IMG/VR virus record: IMGVR_UViG_3300008110_000166
Span: 26,421 to 90,420 of that record
Reading direction: 5' to 3' (one strand)
Length of the DNA: 64,000 nt
DNA from: a virus
Every line of letters starts with the position of its first letter. The stretch's first letter is position 1. The position numbers and the translations under genes are program-made. The notes beneath the pieces are model-generated. The model had not been told where the DNA came from and ran no database searches. It saw only the letters and a program-made list of their open reading frames with translations. Of the stretch, positions 46,693 to 59,500 are shown one piece after another.

Positions 46693-47125
46693 TGTGAGGT
46701 CTGCTTTCTTGAATAATGTTTACCTTATAATCTACCATTTGACCAGAATCCTTATTATTCAAGAATTTAATGGCTCTTGAATTTTTAACCTCTAACTTCT
46801 TTTTTGTTTGGCCAAGCGTTTTTTCTATAACAAGCTTGTCAAGCGTTTCCTTGTCAATCTGGACATTTTTTGTCACGAACATGTCAAACCATTTCCCCTT
46901 GGTCACAGCCTTAGGTGCATCCCAAAAGAACCGATGAAATGAAGTGTTCCTTATCTGATTCAAGCCTTTTACCTTCGCCGCCCAAGAAAGAAGATAAATC
47001 TTTACAGTAGAGCCATCTTCACGAACAATGATTCCGTCACGACTTCCAGCTGGGGCGTCAAAGTCGTAATAGACCTTGTTTCCCTCATGGGTTCCAACAA
47101 GTAGGGCTTTCATGTCAGGAGACAA
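46685..47125 (-). CDS. hypothetical protein
   Basis: ORF in operon. Confidence 0.65.
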   Translation of the reverse strand: MSPDMKALLVGTHEGNKVYYDFDAPAGSRDGIIVREDGSTVKIYLLSWAAKVKGLNQIRNTSFHRFFWDAPKAVTKGKWFDMFVTKNVQIDKETLDKLVIEKTLGQTKKKLEVKNSRAIKFLNNKDSGQMVDYKVNIIQESRPHNE

Positions 47126-50100
47126 CCTCTCGTGGCCCTGGTTTGCGCATTTTCTTGAGGGCTTTCTTCAGTTCTTCATCCATCTCTGAGATTATGTTTT
47201 GTTGAAGCATCAGGCCCACATTTTCATTTCCAAGAGCGTTCTTGTCGTATGTTCGCGGATTCTCAATATTGATTCCATCCGGGTGAGCAATTCTGACATA
47301 TTCGACACCAGCATTCTGGTACTTGTCTTTTACTTTCTTTGCTGCTCTATACTCGCGAAGCTTCTGCATTGAAGGGGTATTCATGGAACCGCCATCGGAT
47401 ACGGAATAGAAATATGCAATTTCTTCTGGTGTAAACCCAAGCTTCTCAAGTCTTCCCTTTACCGAGCCTTCATTGACAACATCCGATATATCTTCTTCTT
47501 CTGCCAATTTCTGAACCCTGGTATATGGGTAGTGAATTCCTTCAACCTCATCTTTCTTGAATCCACCAAGAATGTGGGCTTCAAATGGGTCGCGTGGTCT
47601 TTCACTTGGGTCTATTTTTCCAACTGGAGTCATTCTGCCTTTTTCGTCTCTTCCGGCATTTATTGAGGAGAAGTTCTTATCAAGCGACGCCTGCAACATG
47701 TGCACCATCGCCTCGGCGTCTTTGCTCGAGTTGTTTATGCCATCGGTATTTATCAAGGCGTCGGCAATGTCGTCGGTATCTCTCGAGTTCATAAGCACTG
47801 GTCTATGTGCAGATGCGAGTGAATCTCCTCTTCCGTAGGACGTTCTTTGTGAAACCTCTGGTCTTAGCACTACTTCGATTTCTCCAAAAGCAGTTAGACC
47901 ATCTCCCGCGATATCGTTATCTCCGATTTCAAATACCGCATCAGAGCCAATATTTCCTTTGCCCTTTGCTTTAACTCTTCGCTTTCTTTCTTCGTCATGT
48001 GAACGATGGACGACATAGCCAGATACTGGTCGTGTCGCTGATGGCATACCCTTGCTCAAACCAATTCTTGACTGATATTCCTTGTTGTAGTGATTGGCTG
48101 CTCTGCCAGCTTTTTTACCCGAACTAAAAGCTGCGTCACCGAAGGGGTCATATTCTGTTTTTGCTGGTTCACTCGAAGTGACGTTGAAGATTGCGAACTT
48201 ACATCAAATCCATCAAATGGGTCATCATATTCTGTATTCGTTGATGGTGGTGTGTAATCACCGAATGGGTCGTCGTATTCCGTTGTTCCCCCAAAGGAAG
48301 GGATTGATGTTTGAGTTCCAGTAGCTGATGGCGTATCGAACTCGTCAAAGGAATCTCCACCACCTCTTCTTCTCCCGCCGATTCGGCCGCGAACCCTTGA
48401 AGCGACTCCGCCAAGCTTTTCTTTTGCGGTTTCTCCAGCCTGTGTTACCGAACCAGGAAGGTTTTGTGTCGCCGAGCCAGCAATCTCTTTTCCTCTTCCG
48501 ACAATTTCTCTTGCGCGTTCTGCGTTTTCTTCGGTGAATACTCTCTCGTCCATGAACTTTGAACCAACTGTCCATGCGTCGGCCAACGCGTCAACCACTT
48601 CGTCTGGGAGGCCCTCTGGGGCTACACGGTCGACTCCGCGCATTGCAAGTTCGGCTTGCTCTGCTGTTACGTGGCCTCTTGCCACGGCTTCCTCAAGTAC
48701 TCTTTCAGCTATTTCGCGACCAGCTCTGCGAGCTACGTCTTGCGCAAGTGCGGCAGCAAAACCAGGAGGACCACCAGCTGCTAGTGCGCCAGCAAACTTC
48801 ATTCCATACTTCACGCGTTCTTTTGTTTGCTCGTCGGCGTTTGTCCGCTTAAGGGCTGCATCAACTATCTTGTCTGTAACGCGAGAGGTGAGAACTCCTG
48901 CAACTTTCCCACGTTTCCCACCAGTTCTTCCAGAAGAAAAACCGTCAACCGCAAAAGCATCGGTTCTTTGAGATAGTGGCGCAGACAGAACAGCCTCTGG
49001 GGTAACGGGTTTACCCTGTCTCTGGAGTTTGATTGCTCTAGCCATGAGCGCAGGCCCAACTTCCTTGAGCTTGTCGTCCGTGACCGTTCCGTTTTCGGTG
49101 TATCTTTGACCTGGGCTTACCTTTTGTGAAATACCAAAAATCGGCTTCCTCCGGCCAAGAATCTGTGTTTCCTCATTTCCTGGCCCAAGAAGGCTCGTTA
49201 TGTCTTTCCCTTCTTTTCCATCAACGAGCCAGGCTGTTCCACGACGGCTTGTCATCCATCTGTCATAGGCATCCCTGTCTTCTATTGTCGATGAAACCTG
49301 CAAATTCTGTCTTTCAAACTCTGATGCAACAGAGGCAATATCATTTGGAATTGTCTTTGGGGCAAAACGTCCAAAATAACCACCAGATACAATCTCTTTT
49401 CCAGCGGGGTAAGAGGATAGGAACTGTCCATCTACTCTCTCAGCCATATCAAGAACGGCTTTGTATTTGCCTAGGAATTTTTCTTCGCTTTGAATTGTGT
49501 TATCTATTTCTCTATAACCATACTCTGCGTAGGCTGATTGTGGAATGTCATAATCAAGACCATCACCACCATCAACTTTGAATGCGGAACCGATAAGGCC
49601 AAACATTTCTAGCTGTTTTGCCTCTTCTGGAGAGGAAGCCCTAAATCTTCCACCTTCAGGATTTTTATTCTTCCAGTCAGAAAGAGCCTTAAGTGCATCA
49701 AGACCTGGCTGGCGTTCATCAATTGTCTCTCTTGCTATCTCAATCTGTCGATTATTAAGACCACGGGTGTCTCCAGGTCCTTTTGACCTACCAACCATAC
49801 TGCCGACACTTCTACTTGGGTCAAGAACTCCGTCATCTAGTTCGCTTGCGCCTGCGTGGTAAACAAAGCGGTCATCTGATTCAGCGCCACCGAATATCTC
49901 ATTAAATTCTTCAGAATCCGTTGAGAGTCCCTTTATTCTCTTGGCCTCTTCGCGGAGCTCCAACATGACATCATCCGGAATGTCTTCAACATCCAAAACA
50001 CCTTGCTCGCGACGTATTTTCTTTCTCTTCGCAATATCTTCTTGATGCCTTGCTTCAATTTTGGAGATGCGAATCTTTTCCTTTAGGATGTCGATTATTT

Positions 50101-53100
50101 TTTCAGCTCCACCTCTTTCTGCAACCTCATCTGCAGTTAAGTTCTTTGGAGTGAGTCCTGGCTCGTCTGGTCCATCGACCGTCCAGTTGTTTGAAACAGA
50201 TGCAACAACACCAAGGTCGCCGCCTTTCCATTCACCTGTCTCTTCAAGTATTCTCAATCCTTCTTCCAGGTTCTCTACACGTCTTACGGCATCGTCATAG
50301 TTCTTCTGCGCTCTTTCTACGGAGCTATCGAGCTCAATTGCCCTTTGCTGTGTTCTTCCAGATGAGAAAGTAATATCTGCATTGCTTCTACGTTGTCTTG
50401 GATTGAGTCTGCGCTCAAGTCTTCTCCCAATTGCTCCGCTTTCGAGAATCACGTCATCTGGGTCATCTGGCAAAAACTCACCAGAATTCATGAATGAATC
50501 AAGTTGCGTTTCTGACATTCGAACACGTGGTCGCTTGTCTATCCCTTCGTGGAACTCAACCGCAGCATCTTCAATCTTCTGCGCAATTTGTTCTGGAGTT
50601 GAACTGAAAATTATTCTCGCTACCGATGGGTCAACGGAGTCTTTTGTTGCATCCGGCCACAAGTCTGATGCGTCCTCCCCGGAAAGCAGGTTCTTAACAG
50701 AATCAACGGTGGATTCAACTTTCTTTCGTCTCGAAGACTTTCTCTGTTCTCGTGTTTGTGGAACGCCAAGCGCCTCTGCTCCTGATGCCGGATTGTCGGG
50801 AACAACACCAGATGAAGTCTTGTATGGCGCTCTTTTCTTTGAGCCAGGAACATGGTTTTCATCGAAGTCTGGGGGTTGCGGAAGATTGGCTATTATCTCA
50901 CCGCGTTTTGCTAGTTCATCATCAAGGGACCTGAGCGTTGCTCTGTCTGTTCCTTGGAAACCTTTTCTATCATTTGCGTAGTCTGGGTCGAGAAGATTTC
51001 TGTAGACCGATGCCCTGCGATTAACCAACTCATCCACGGTCATGCGGTTCACAACCCTCATCTGTGGTCTACCGGTTCGTGGGTCGACAGGGTCTGGTTT
51101 GATGTCCGCTTCGGCTGGCTGAACGAGTGGAGCCTTTGTTACTTCTGCAACATAGTCATCTGGGGCTGCTTCACCAAAAGCGCCACCAGCCTCACGTACG
51201 GTGCGAGTCGCTTCAGTGTTTCTAGATTCAATCGCGGGAGATGGTTTTGGTTGCGACGGTACAGAACTAAGGCCATTCTCTCTTCTTTGCGCAATGTACT
51301 TATCTATCGTTCTGTCTATTTTCGACTTAGTGCCCTTTGCGTGCTGAGTCGCTGCTGGCCCTTCATCCGAACCACTTGTTATGTTTGAAATTCTTGAAAG
51401 CGTGTCAGTTATGCTTTCTTGGCGCTCAATCCTGGCAACGATTGTCCCATCTTCACGCCTATCGACTACGCGAAGTCTCATTCCGGGTGGGAGTGTTGCA
51501 AATCCAGAAGTATCGTCCTTGCTTCTTGCGTCACCGCGTGAAAGTATCGCCTTATCGCCTTTTGCTACCTGGATAACTACACGATGTTTCTTTTCGGTTC
51601 CCCATCTGTTTCGTATGTCTTCACCATCAGCATATTTTGCTACACCCGTTAGTCCTGGCTTTTCTTCAGTAATGACACGACCCTTTACTATTTCAGAAAC
51701 GAATATCGTGTCTGGAATTACAGCCGTATCATCGTCAGCAATGTCAACATAAACAGTTGCATCTACTTCGAAATTATCTGTCACTTCAGCCTGCTCGAAA
51801 GCCTCCAATGCAGGTATTAGCACGTTCTCAATTTGCTGCTCTAGTGAGGCGTTATCGATATTTTCGCCATTTATCTCAGCCGCTCCACGCTGAGCTTTTC
51901 TGTGTTTACGATTAATCTCTTTGACAGCAGAAACCTGTTCGCTTTGCTTCATAATGCGTGTTATCGCTGGGCCGTCATCGCCTTCAACTGTTACTGCATC
52001 TTCTGTGCGCTCTATCTGTTTAACAGCTTCTTTTTGCTTGTCGGTCAGCTTGGAGTCAAGGTCTTTTCTAGTTTGTCTTGCATATGTTCCAGACGAACGT
52101 GAATTCTTGAACTTTTTAGGCTTTGCGATTACTCGCTCTGTTTCGGGAACAACGATGTCAAAAATCTTCTTCTCAAGTTCACGTCGCTGGGCGGCCCATG
52201 GGCGCTCATCTCCTGAGTCGACTCGTAGTTTTTTGAATGCGTCTCTAAATATCTTCTGTTGCTTCTTTATCTTTTCACGTTCATCTTTTGATGTTGCTGG
52301 GTCCTTAAGGAGAATTTCAAAGTCAGCAAGTTTTCTAATTAGTCCGTCTTCGTCAAGGCTCGAAGACAGTTCCTTGGCCTCTTTTGTCTCTCGCTCATCC
52401 ATGCGAACCTTAAGTTTTTCTGGGTCGAGAGTTCCAGTAACTTCTCGTCTTTCGTCGATAAGTTCACGCATTCTCTTTTTGTTTGCAGACCTATTCTCGT
52501 CTCCAGGTCTACCAAATCTGTCGTTCCATCCACGCTCAATAATCTTTTGAGTTTTATCAAGCTCCGTCATTTTGTTTCTGTTTTCAATTCGTGCAGGGTC
52601 GTCAGACGGAACGCCCGCAGAATCCATTCTTGACCAATCATTCGATAGGTCTTCTTTATATTCCTCGATATTCGTCAGTGCCGCAATTATCTGGTCCTCG
52701 GTAGTGGTCGGGTCGGTAGCAAAATCTTCCGCCCTCTTGAGCCTGCCCTTTGCTTCAGCGCGTTCACGCTCTCTAATAACAGCTCTTGTTTCTCCGAGTA
52801 TTTCCCTATCTGGGCCAACGTTTGCGTAGTAACTCTCTTTGATAATTGCTAGACCCTCATCTGCGGAGAGTCTTCTTTCTGTAATGTACTTTTGGTCAGA
52901 CTGTTCGTCCATCCACTCCAGTGCTGCGTCAATATCGTCACCGTAGATGATTCCAAGGTCTCTGAGTGCGTGCAACTCGGCAAGTGCTTCAAGGGCCCAA
53001 AGCTCAGCGCCATCATCATCGTTGAAATAGTCTTTTGGATACTCTCCGGCCAAAAATGCCACAACATCAGTTCTGGATAGTGCATTTTTCAATGACTCCA

Positions 53101-54925
53101 GGTCAATTGAATCCCCATCTGATTTCATCAATGCTGCAATCATTCCACCAGTCAGGTCTTTCACGTCCTCAACACGCGCAAGAGTTCCGTCTGATTTCTT
53201 TACCTCAATGAACCCATTGGTTTCAATTTGCCTCTTTGCTTCAGTGGTAAATCTTGCCATTTGAATGGTGTGTGCTATTTCGTGTTTAGCAATATGGCGA
53301 GCGTAGGCTCGTTCTTCAACCATCCCAGCTAGTTGCTTGGAATGACCATCGACAGTGACAAGGAAGTCAGAAAGAACTGTTGCCGCTTCTGCATCGGTTC
53401 TAGCGCCAACAACATCAATTCTTAGGCGCTCATTAGGTGCGAGTTGCGGAAGCATTGCTTCTTGGTTGGACATTATTTGTGGAATATGGAATGTCATTAC
53501 ACCGGAGAATCTTTGGGTATCTTCCGTTATTCGCAAATTAGCGTTTGCTTCATCACCTGGGTTTAGTTCCCATCTGAATTCGATGTCATTGACTGAACGC
53601 ATGTGTTCTGGGTCGGCGACGAAAGAATCTAGAGCCGCTTCGAGGATTGCTCTTTCTGTTTGGTAGTAGCGCTCTGCATCTGCCTTTATCAGGGCATTCT
53701 GTCTTTCTGGAGAAAGTGCTGAAAACCCTGGGACCTGGTTTAGCCTGGCACGCATTACTAGATTGACTTGCTCTTTTGTTGGTCTGTCACCATCTCCGTG
53801 TCTAACGTTTAGCGTCCACGCTCCACTTGCTCGGAGTTTGTCAAGCGCTTCGTATAGGTCTTCGTTCGTAGCCATTCTTTCAGGGGTACGCATCACATCT
53901 AGGTCGGTCATTAAGTCAGAGATGATTTTGTCTTGCTGCTTCAATCTGTCTTGACCACGAATCATCCCGTCTACGAAGACACGGCTATTTCTGTCGTTCA
54001 GGCTCGCTTCGCGCCACTTCTTAATGTTTCTAATGCGCTTGCCATTTTCGTCGCGCCAGACAGTTCTTCCAAGACCTGGAATACCACCGTTATCGATATA
54101 AGAAACAAAGTTGAAGAAGTTTTTGACGTTATTTCTAAACGTGCTTTCATCACCAATTTCTTTCGCTTTATCAAGGGCAAAGTTAAGAATTTCACTTGAT
54201 GAAATACCGAAGCAGTTTGACCCCATGCTGTCGGTGAATTGGTTTGCTGCAGGCGTCCCTGGAGGGCATCTGAATTTATTCGCTTCGTCGACGATTACTC
54301 CGAATGCAGCAGCAGCTCTGGCAAGAAGAGAACGACCACGTGAGCCAATTGTTTCTCCTGGAAGTCTTTTTACTTCTGGGGAATCAGTTTGTTTTGCCGC
54401 ATTGCCATTAAGACTGAATTGGTCAACTGGCTGTTCGGAAGATTGAATTAATTCATTTGTTTTTGAATTGACTTTGTATTTTCTAAAACGAATTTTTGGC
54501 TTGCTCGCCAACCCACGTGCATACTCATCTGGGTTTGATGGTTTCGGGTCTTCAAGCCATCCGAAGTTTGGTTGCTTCGTATTTTTCAGTCTGCTAATCA
54601 GGCTCGGCGTGAGGTATAGGGAGCGACCCTCTTCCCATTTTTGATTTTCTATATATCTGATTCCACCGCGCTCTTCAACTAGGCCGGATGGGGCGCCAGT
54701 ATTAACACGCTTCTTGTTATCAGTGTCCTGATACGTCTCGCTTCCGCTTACGTCCGATAATGCCTTAATGGAATACGCGGCATCTAGAGTTGGTCGTGAA
54801 GATGAAGCAATGAGTGCACGCTTAAATGCGATTGCTATCTCATTAAAGTCTTTCCTACCAGCAAGCTTAAGCTCAAGCTCTTCTGATGTGATGACCCTGA
54901 TTTTGTAGAACGGGTTACCCGCCAT
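47115..54925 (-). CDS. giant multidomain protein B (~2,600 aa if joined across a -1 frameshift near 48180): zincin HExxH domain, ART-like segments, C-terminal DUF3626-like domain
   Basis: HEIAH at 53270-53284; the -1 frame continues the EYDxPFGD repeat and FSSGK into ORF 47115-48059 (RPVSGY, FG....VL, RTS...GDS, EAHILGG). Confidence 0.75.
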
Positions 54926-54940
54926 TCCGGGTCCCCTTTC

Positions 54941-56371
54941 TTAAATCAAGTCTGTTTCAGCTTCGAGAATCTGGAACTCTGCAAGAGAAGCGAGGAACTC
55001 TGCCTGAGTTGTTTCATCAGCAATTTCTTCTGACTTCTCTGATGCGCTCCAGTTTTCCGGAATGAGGTCTTCTTTCCCGAGGTCCTTTGCGCGCTTCATG
55101 ATGTGGCGCTTGGCGGCTTCCTTATCCTTTGCACGACCGTAGGCCTGGATTGCATTGCGCAAGTCGCCTTCGTTCGAAATTGGATACGAGCCATCTGGAA
55201 GTGCTGTACCTTCCTTGGCCATTGCTTCTCTTTGCTCATCGGAGAAAGCTCGTTTGAGGGCAATCTCTGCAGCCTCGGCCTCGATGTCTTCTGCCTCTTC
55301 TGGTTCGTACTTGTCGTATCCAAGTATGTCGCCATCTAGCGCAACGTAAACATCGTACGACTTGCCATCGAATCCTTCGATTTCAACTGCATAGGCATCG
55401 ATTCCTTCGAAGTTGTCTGGCTCTACAGCAACCACATGGCCATCAATTGACTTGACTGCAATTTCAGCAGCTTCTGTGAAGCTAACAAGGTTCAATTCAT
55501 CGACGGAGCTCTTCTCCCCAACAAGTTCATCGTCGAGTCGATGCCAGCCCATTACCTCTGCCGTGGTTCCGTCAATGAAGGCTTCGTACGGCTTTCCGTC
55601 CTTGCCCATTACGTCAACAACAAACATGTCTGCGTCTGCAGAGTAACCAGAGTCAATCACTTGACCATCAAACATTTCTTCAGCCATTCCTTCGACATGA
55701 AGAAGTCCTGGAAGACCCTTTTCCGAAACACATCCGCCTGGGCAGTCGTCGCAAACAGAAGTTGAGCCAGGGTAGCCCTTGCGGTCAACCGCGCAAACAT
55801 AACCATGCTGACCGAGGTCTGCCGCCTTCATCCCCATGGATGCGATACGACGCTTGCGGAATTTGTCCATAGCGCCATTCATCTTTTCTTCCATGTCCGC
55901 TGCATCTTCGAGGTCTTCGTCTTCCTCGTCTTCCATCATTTCTTCGTCATCTTCTTCGGACATCTTTGAAGACTTGCGCTTCTTGAACTTGCCCATCATG
56001 ATGTTTTGCTTTTCAGACTCTTCGTCTTCCATTTCCTCTTCGGAGTCCTCCATGCCGTCTTCCATCTCAGTGTCCATGTCTGACTCTTCGTCATCCATTT
56101 CTGCCGATTCTGGCATAGCACCCATACGCTTCTTTTTCTTTGGCATCATTTCCATGCCGTACATCTTCTCTTCGTCGTCCATCATTTCTGAGTCATCCTC
56201 TTCCATGTCGACAGCAGGTACCATCTTCATCTCTACGGCCATAGCACCACATTTGCCGCATACCTTTGCGCCCTTTACGTAGCCACAGGCATCTCCAGCA
56301 AGACCTTTGGCGCATTTCATAACAGCACCCTCGCTATCAATGCTGACTGTCGCTTTCTCGTCGTAAGCCAT
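54941..56371 (-). CDS. acidic head-assembly protein with tandem PepSY-like domains and C-terminal LPDGSYPI domain
   Basis: SF.EAAEIA.....G.VV.VE......YAVEI...DG..YDVYVA.DG.IL; ALPDGSYPI....DL.NAI.A.GRA. Confidence 0.7.
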   Translation of the reverse strand: MAYDEKATVSIDSEGAVMKCAKGLAGDACGYVKGAKVCGKCGAMAVEMKMVPAVDMEEDDSEMMDDEEKMYGMEMMPKKKKRMGAMPESAEMDDEESDMDTEMEDGMEDSEEEMEDEESEKQNIMMGKFKKRKSSKMSEEDDEEMMEDEEDEDLEDAADMEEKMNGAMDKFRKRRIASMGMKAADLGQHGYVCAVDRKGYPGSTSVCDDCPGGCVSEKGLPGLLHVEGMAEEMFDGQVIDSGYSADADMFVVDVMGKDGKPYEAFIDGTTAEVMGWHRLDDELVGEKSSVDELNLVSFTEAAEIAVKSIDGHVVAVEPDNFEGIDAYAVEIEGFDGKSYDVYVALDGDILGYDKYEPEEAEDIEAEAAEIALKRAFSDEQREAMAKEGTALPDGSYPISNEGDLRNAIQAYGRAKDKEAAKRHIMKRAKDLGKEDLIPENWSASEKSEEIADETTQAEFLASLAEFQILEAETDLI

Positions 56372-56506
56372 AAACCAAAGCTCCTTGCGCTAATTGGTCA
56401 CAGACGGCCGCAAGAGCCAACTGTTTATTGAATATTCTTTATAAGAGTATAACGCAGAGCACTCTTTATACGGGAAGTATCAAAAAAACGGAATTTATAT
56501 AAATGA

Positions 56507-59500
56507 TTAACGTTTCGTATTTTGATTGTCAACTAATCTTAAAAGTTTTTCCCATTGGTTTGCAGAGAGAAATCCATCGCGGTCGAACTGCTGAACAAGA
56601 CTTGTGGCAAAACCACTCCACTTATTATTCCGTGCCCAGAAAATTAATTCATTCTGCATGCGTGGAGTTATGTTGTCTGGAGCGCCATTGTTCTTTCGGC
56701 CTGATGAAAGTGCTTCTGTTGATTCACGACCAGCTTTTGCAACTCTCCGCGAGGCTCTTCTTCCGCTTGAGAAGTCGGTTCCGCGAACATCGTCAAGAGT
56801 AAAATTGGTATTTAGCTCGCCATTGATGGTGTCGAGATGTCTTGCCATATCCACTTCTGAATATCTTGGTGGCATGCCGCGAGATATCTTCGCATCTATG
56901 GACAATGCTTTATCCGGAGTGTTTATTTCTTTTCGGAAGTTGCTTGAGCCGAGAATTCTGGCGAGCTTGCTGTCAGATATCTTCGCCCCTTGCCCCTTCA
57001 AAAGCGCGTCAAGACGTTTGTGGAATTCGATTTTGCCCATCGACTGGTCGAAGGCCCTGCCGGCCTCTCCCCAGATTTGTTCAGCATTTTCGATAAGGCC
57101 AAGGTCCCTGAATACTTCTGCGTAAGCAGCAGGTACACCATCCGTATTCCAGCTACCAATTGTTGTACTGGTAACAGTGATTCTTCCGTTGGTGCGATTC
57201 TTGATTTCCTCCATCATCGCTTTTCTATCACCAGGTTCAACACCGAGGAATTCTGCGAATTTCTGGATTGTGAAGTCACTCTTGCGGAAACTTCCTGCAA
57301 GATTGCTCTTGTCTGACGACCGTCTAACCGGTGCGGCTGAAGGAGTTGGTGCCTCTGGGGCTCCTGGTGCGTTGACGGTAGATGGACCATCTGGTATTTC
57401 AACATCAAGCGGAGTGCTCAGACCGTAGACATACTCACCATCTGCCATGAGTTCGTCAAATTCGGCCTTATCTATCTGCTTGTCATTCACGTCATACCAA
57501 TATGGAGACGCATTCCATCCCCATATTGCCTGCATGTATCCATCTGTCTTCATTAGAGTCTTTGGGTCACTAGCGCCACCCATTAGCATCTGAACGAGTT
57601 CGTATGCATCAGTATCGGATATCGATGCACCTTCCTTGGACATTTTCTTGAGGTCTTCTCCAGTCATTCCGAGAAGTTCACCAAGCATTTCTGGTGTCAT
57701 ATCAACAAATGTCCGCTCGTCGTCGACGAATCTCTCTCGCCCAAGAAGCTGAAGAAGTGGTGCTATCGGAACCTGCCATGTATCCAGCGGTCCGCGCATG
57801 TCGTTGTCTGATACGTTTCCTGCTTTTGTTGGAGTGTCTAGGCGCTCAAAGTATTTCTTTAACTGTTTTGCATCTGCATCCGTAACAGGTAAGCCAACCC
57901 TTTTGCCCGATGTAGTCCTTCCTGATGAGAATTCAGAAGCCTCTGGACCGCTTCGACGCTTGCTCGGAACAGTCTTTGCACGCATTCTCAGGCCGTCACG
58001 GTAAGCCTGCATCTCTCCATCCGACATTGGTCGGCGCTTTGAACTTGCTGAACGCTTTTTACGTCCAGCAGAGAAACCATTTTGTAACGTAGCCCTTTTC
58101 TCACGACCGATGATTTTCTTCATGTCATCGAAAGTTATATTGTCTTTCTCAACCGCATAGTATTCATCAGCGAGCTCGTCTTCCGATGGGCGATAGTCGC
58201 GCTCTTCACCTCGTGGTCCTCTAGCCTCAAATCCCCAGTCGGTTGATTGATATATCTCGTTCAGTTCATCATCGGATGGTGCCCCAACGAATTCATCAAC
58301 AATTTCTTCAACACTGTGGTTATCCCAGAATTCAGCAATGTCATCAGCTGTTGCTCCTGTTTCTGGGTCAACAAAATCTGTATTCAATTCAGGATATTTT
58401 TTGAGTGCTTCCGCATATGCCTCTTCTGAAGCATTATTAGGGAAATCAAATCTCTCGTTGTTGAGGTCGTACCCATTAAGTCTGAAGCTGCTAATCTGCC
58501 GCTTGATATAAGCCTTCTCAGCATCGCTGTGCTCAGCGTACGAACGCATCGGTGGAAGAGAATCGATATATTCCTGCCTGCTTCTACCTGAGGAGAATCT
58601 TTCTCTGTATACCTGCTTGCCATCGCCCTTTTGAACACCAGGCTGCCTTGGGTTTACAGGAAGTTTTGCTCCATCGATAAGTCCTTCAATCTTTTCCAGA
58701 TTGAAGCTTCTGTACTGGCCGCTTTCTTCATCAACACCGATGAAGTAAATGCCGCCTTCTTTTTTGGCTTTTATACCAGTTGGGTAAATTGTGCGGTCTT
58801 TGCCCTTGTACTTGAACTTGACTGGCTTGCCCTGAGCGCGAACCTCATTCAGGTCATACAAGTCCGTTGGGACGTACGTGTTCTTGATGATTTCACGAGC
58901 ATTTGAACCAATCTCGTCATCTCTTCCAGCAGCACCCTTTACGTTCGGGATTGTTGCAGGGTCGGCGTCGTTGTATCGAGATACGCGACCCGCCGAGAAT
59001 CGGCTTTCCTCGCGCATGAAGTCTGATTGCAGGTCAGCAGCATGGTCTTGCCAGTCCTCCGCAGACCAATTAGCTGTTTCCTCGTCAAACTGGCGAGATA
59101 TCTCGTCCCAGCTCCACATCATGTCTTCTTGCTTTCGACGTTCGTCAGCCTCTGCCCAGCTTTGCCTTGCTAGTTCATACTCGTCATCTCGGCGCTTTGA
59201 TTCTTCGTCAAGAAGTTTCTGGACGCGCTCAAGGTCGTCATTTTCGACTGCTTCGCTATACGCTCTCTTGAATTCTCTTCTTCCATCTTCGTAATCCTGA
59301 ATGAAGTCGGCCATCTCTTCTGCTGAATCAAACGAACGCGACACTCCACCAAAATCTCTGTCGATGTTGTCGTCGTCACCACGGTCTTCGTCGTCGCCGT
59401 AATCATCAAAGACAAGTGAATCTAGGTGCCATTTACCAGATGCATCTTGTCCAGCATGCCATCTTCCGAAACTTCCTAGTTCACGGGAGTCGCGAACAAA

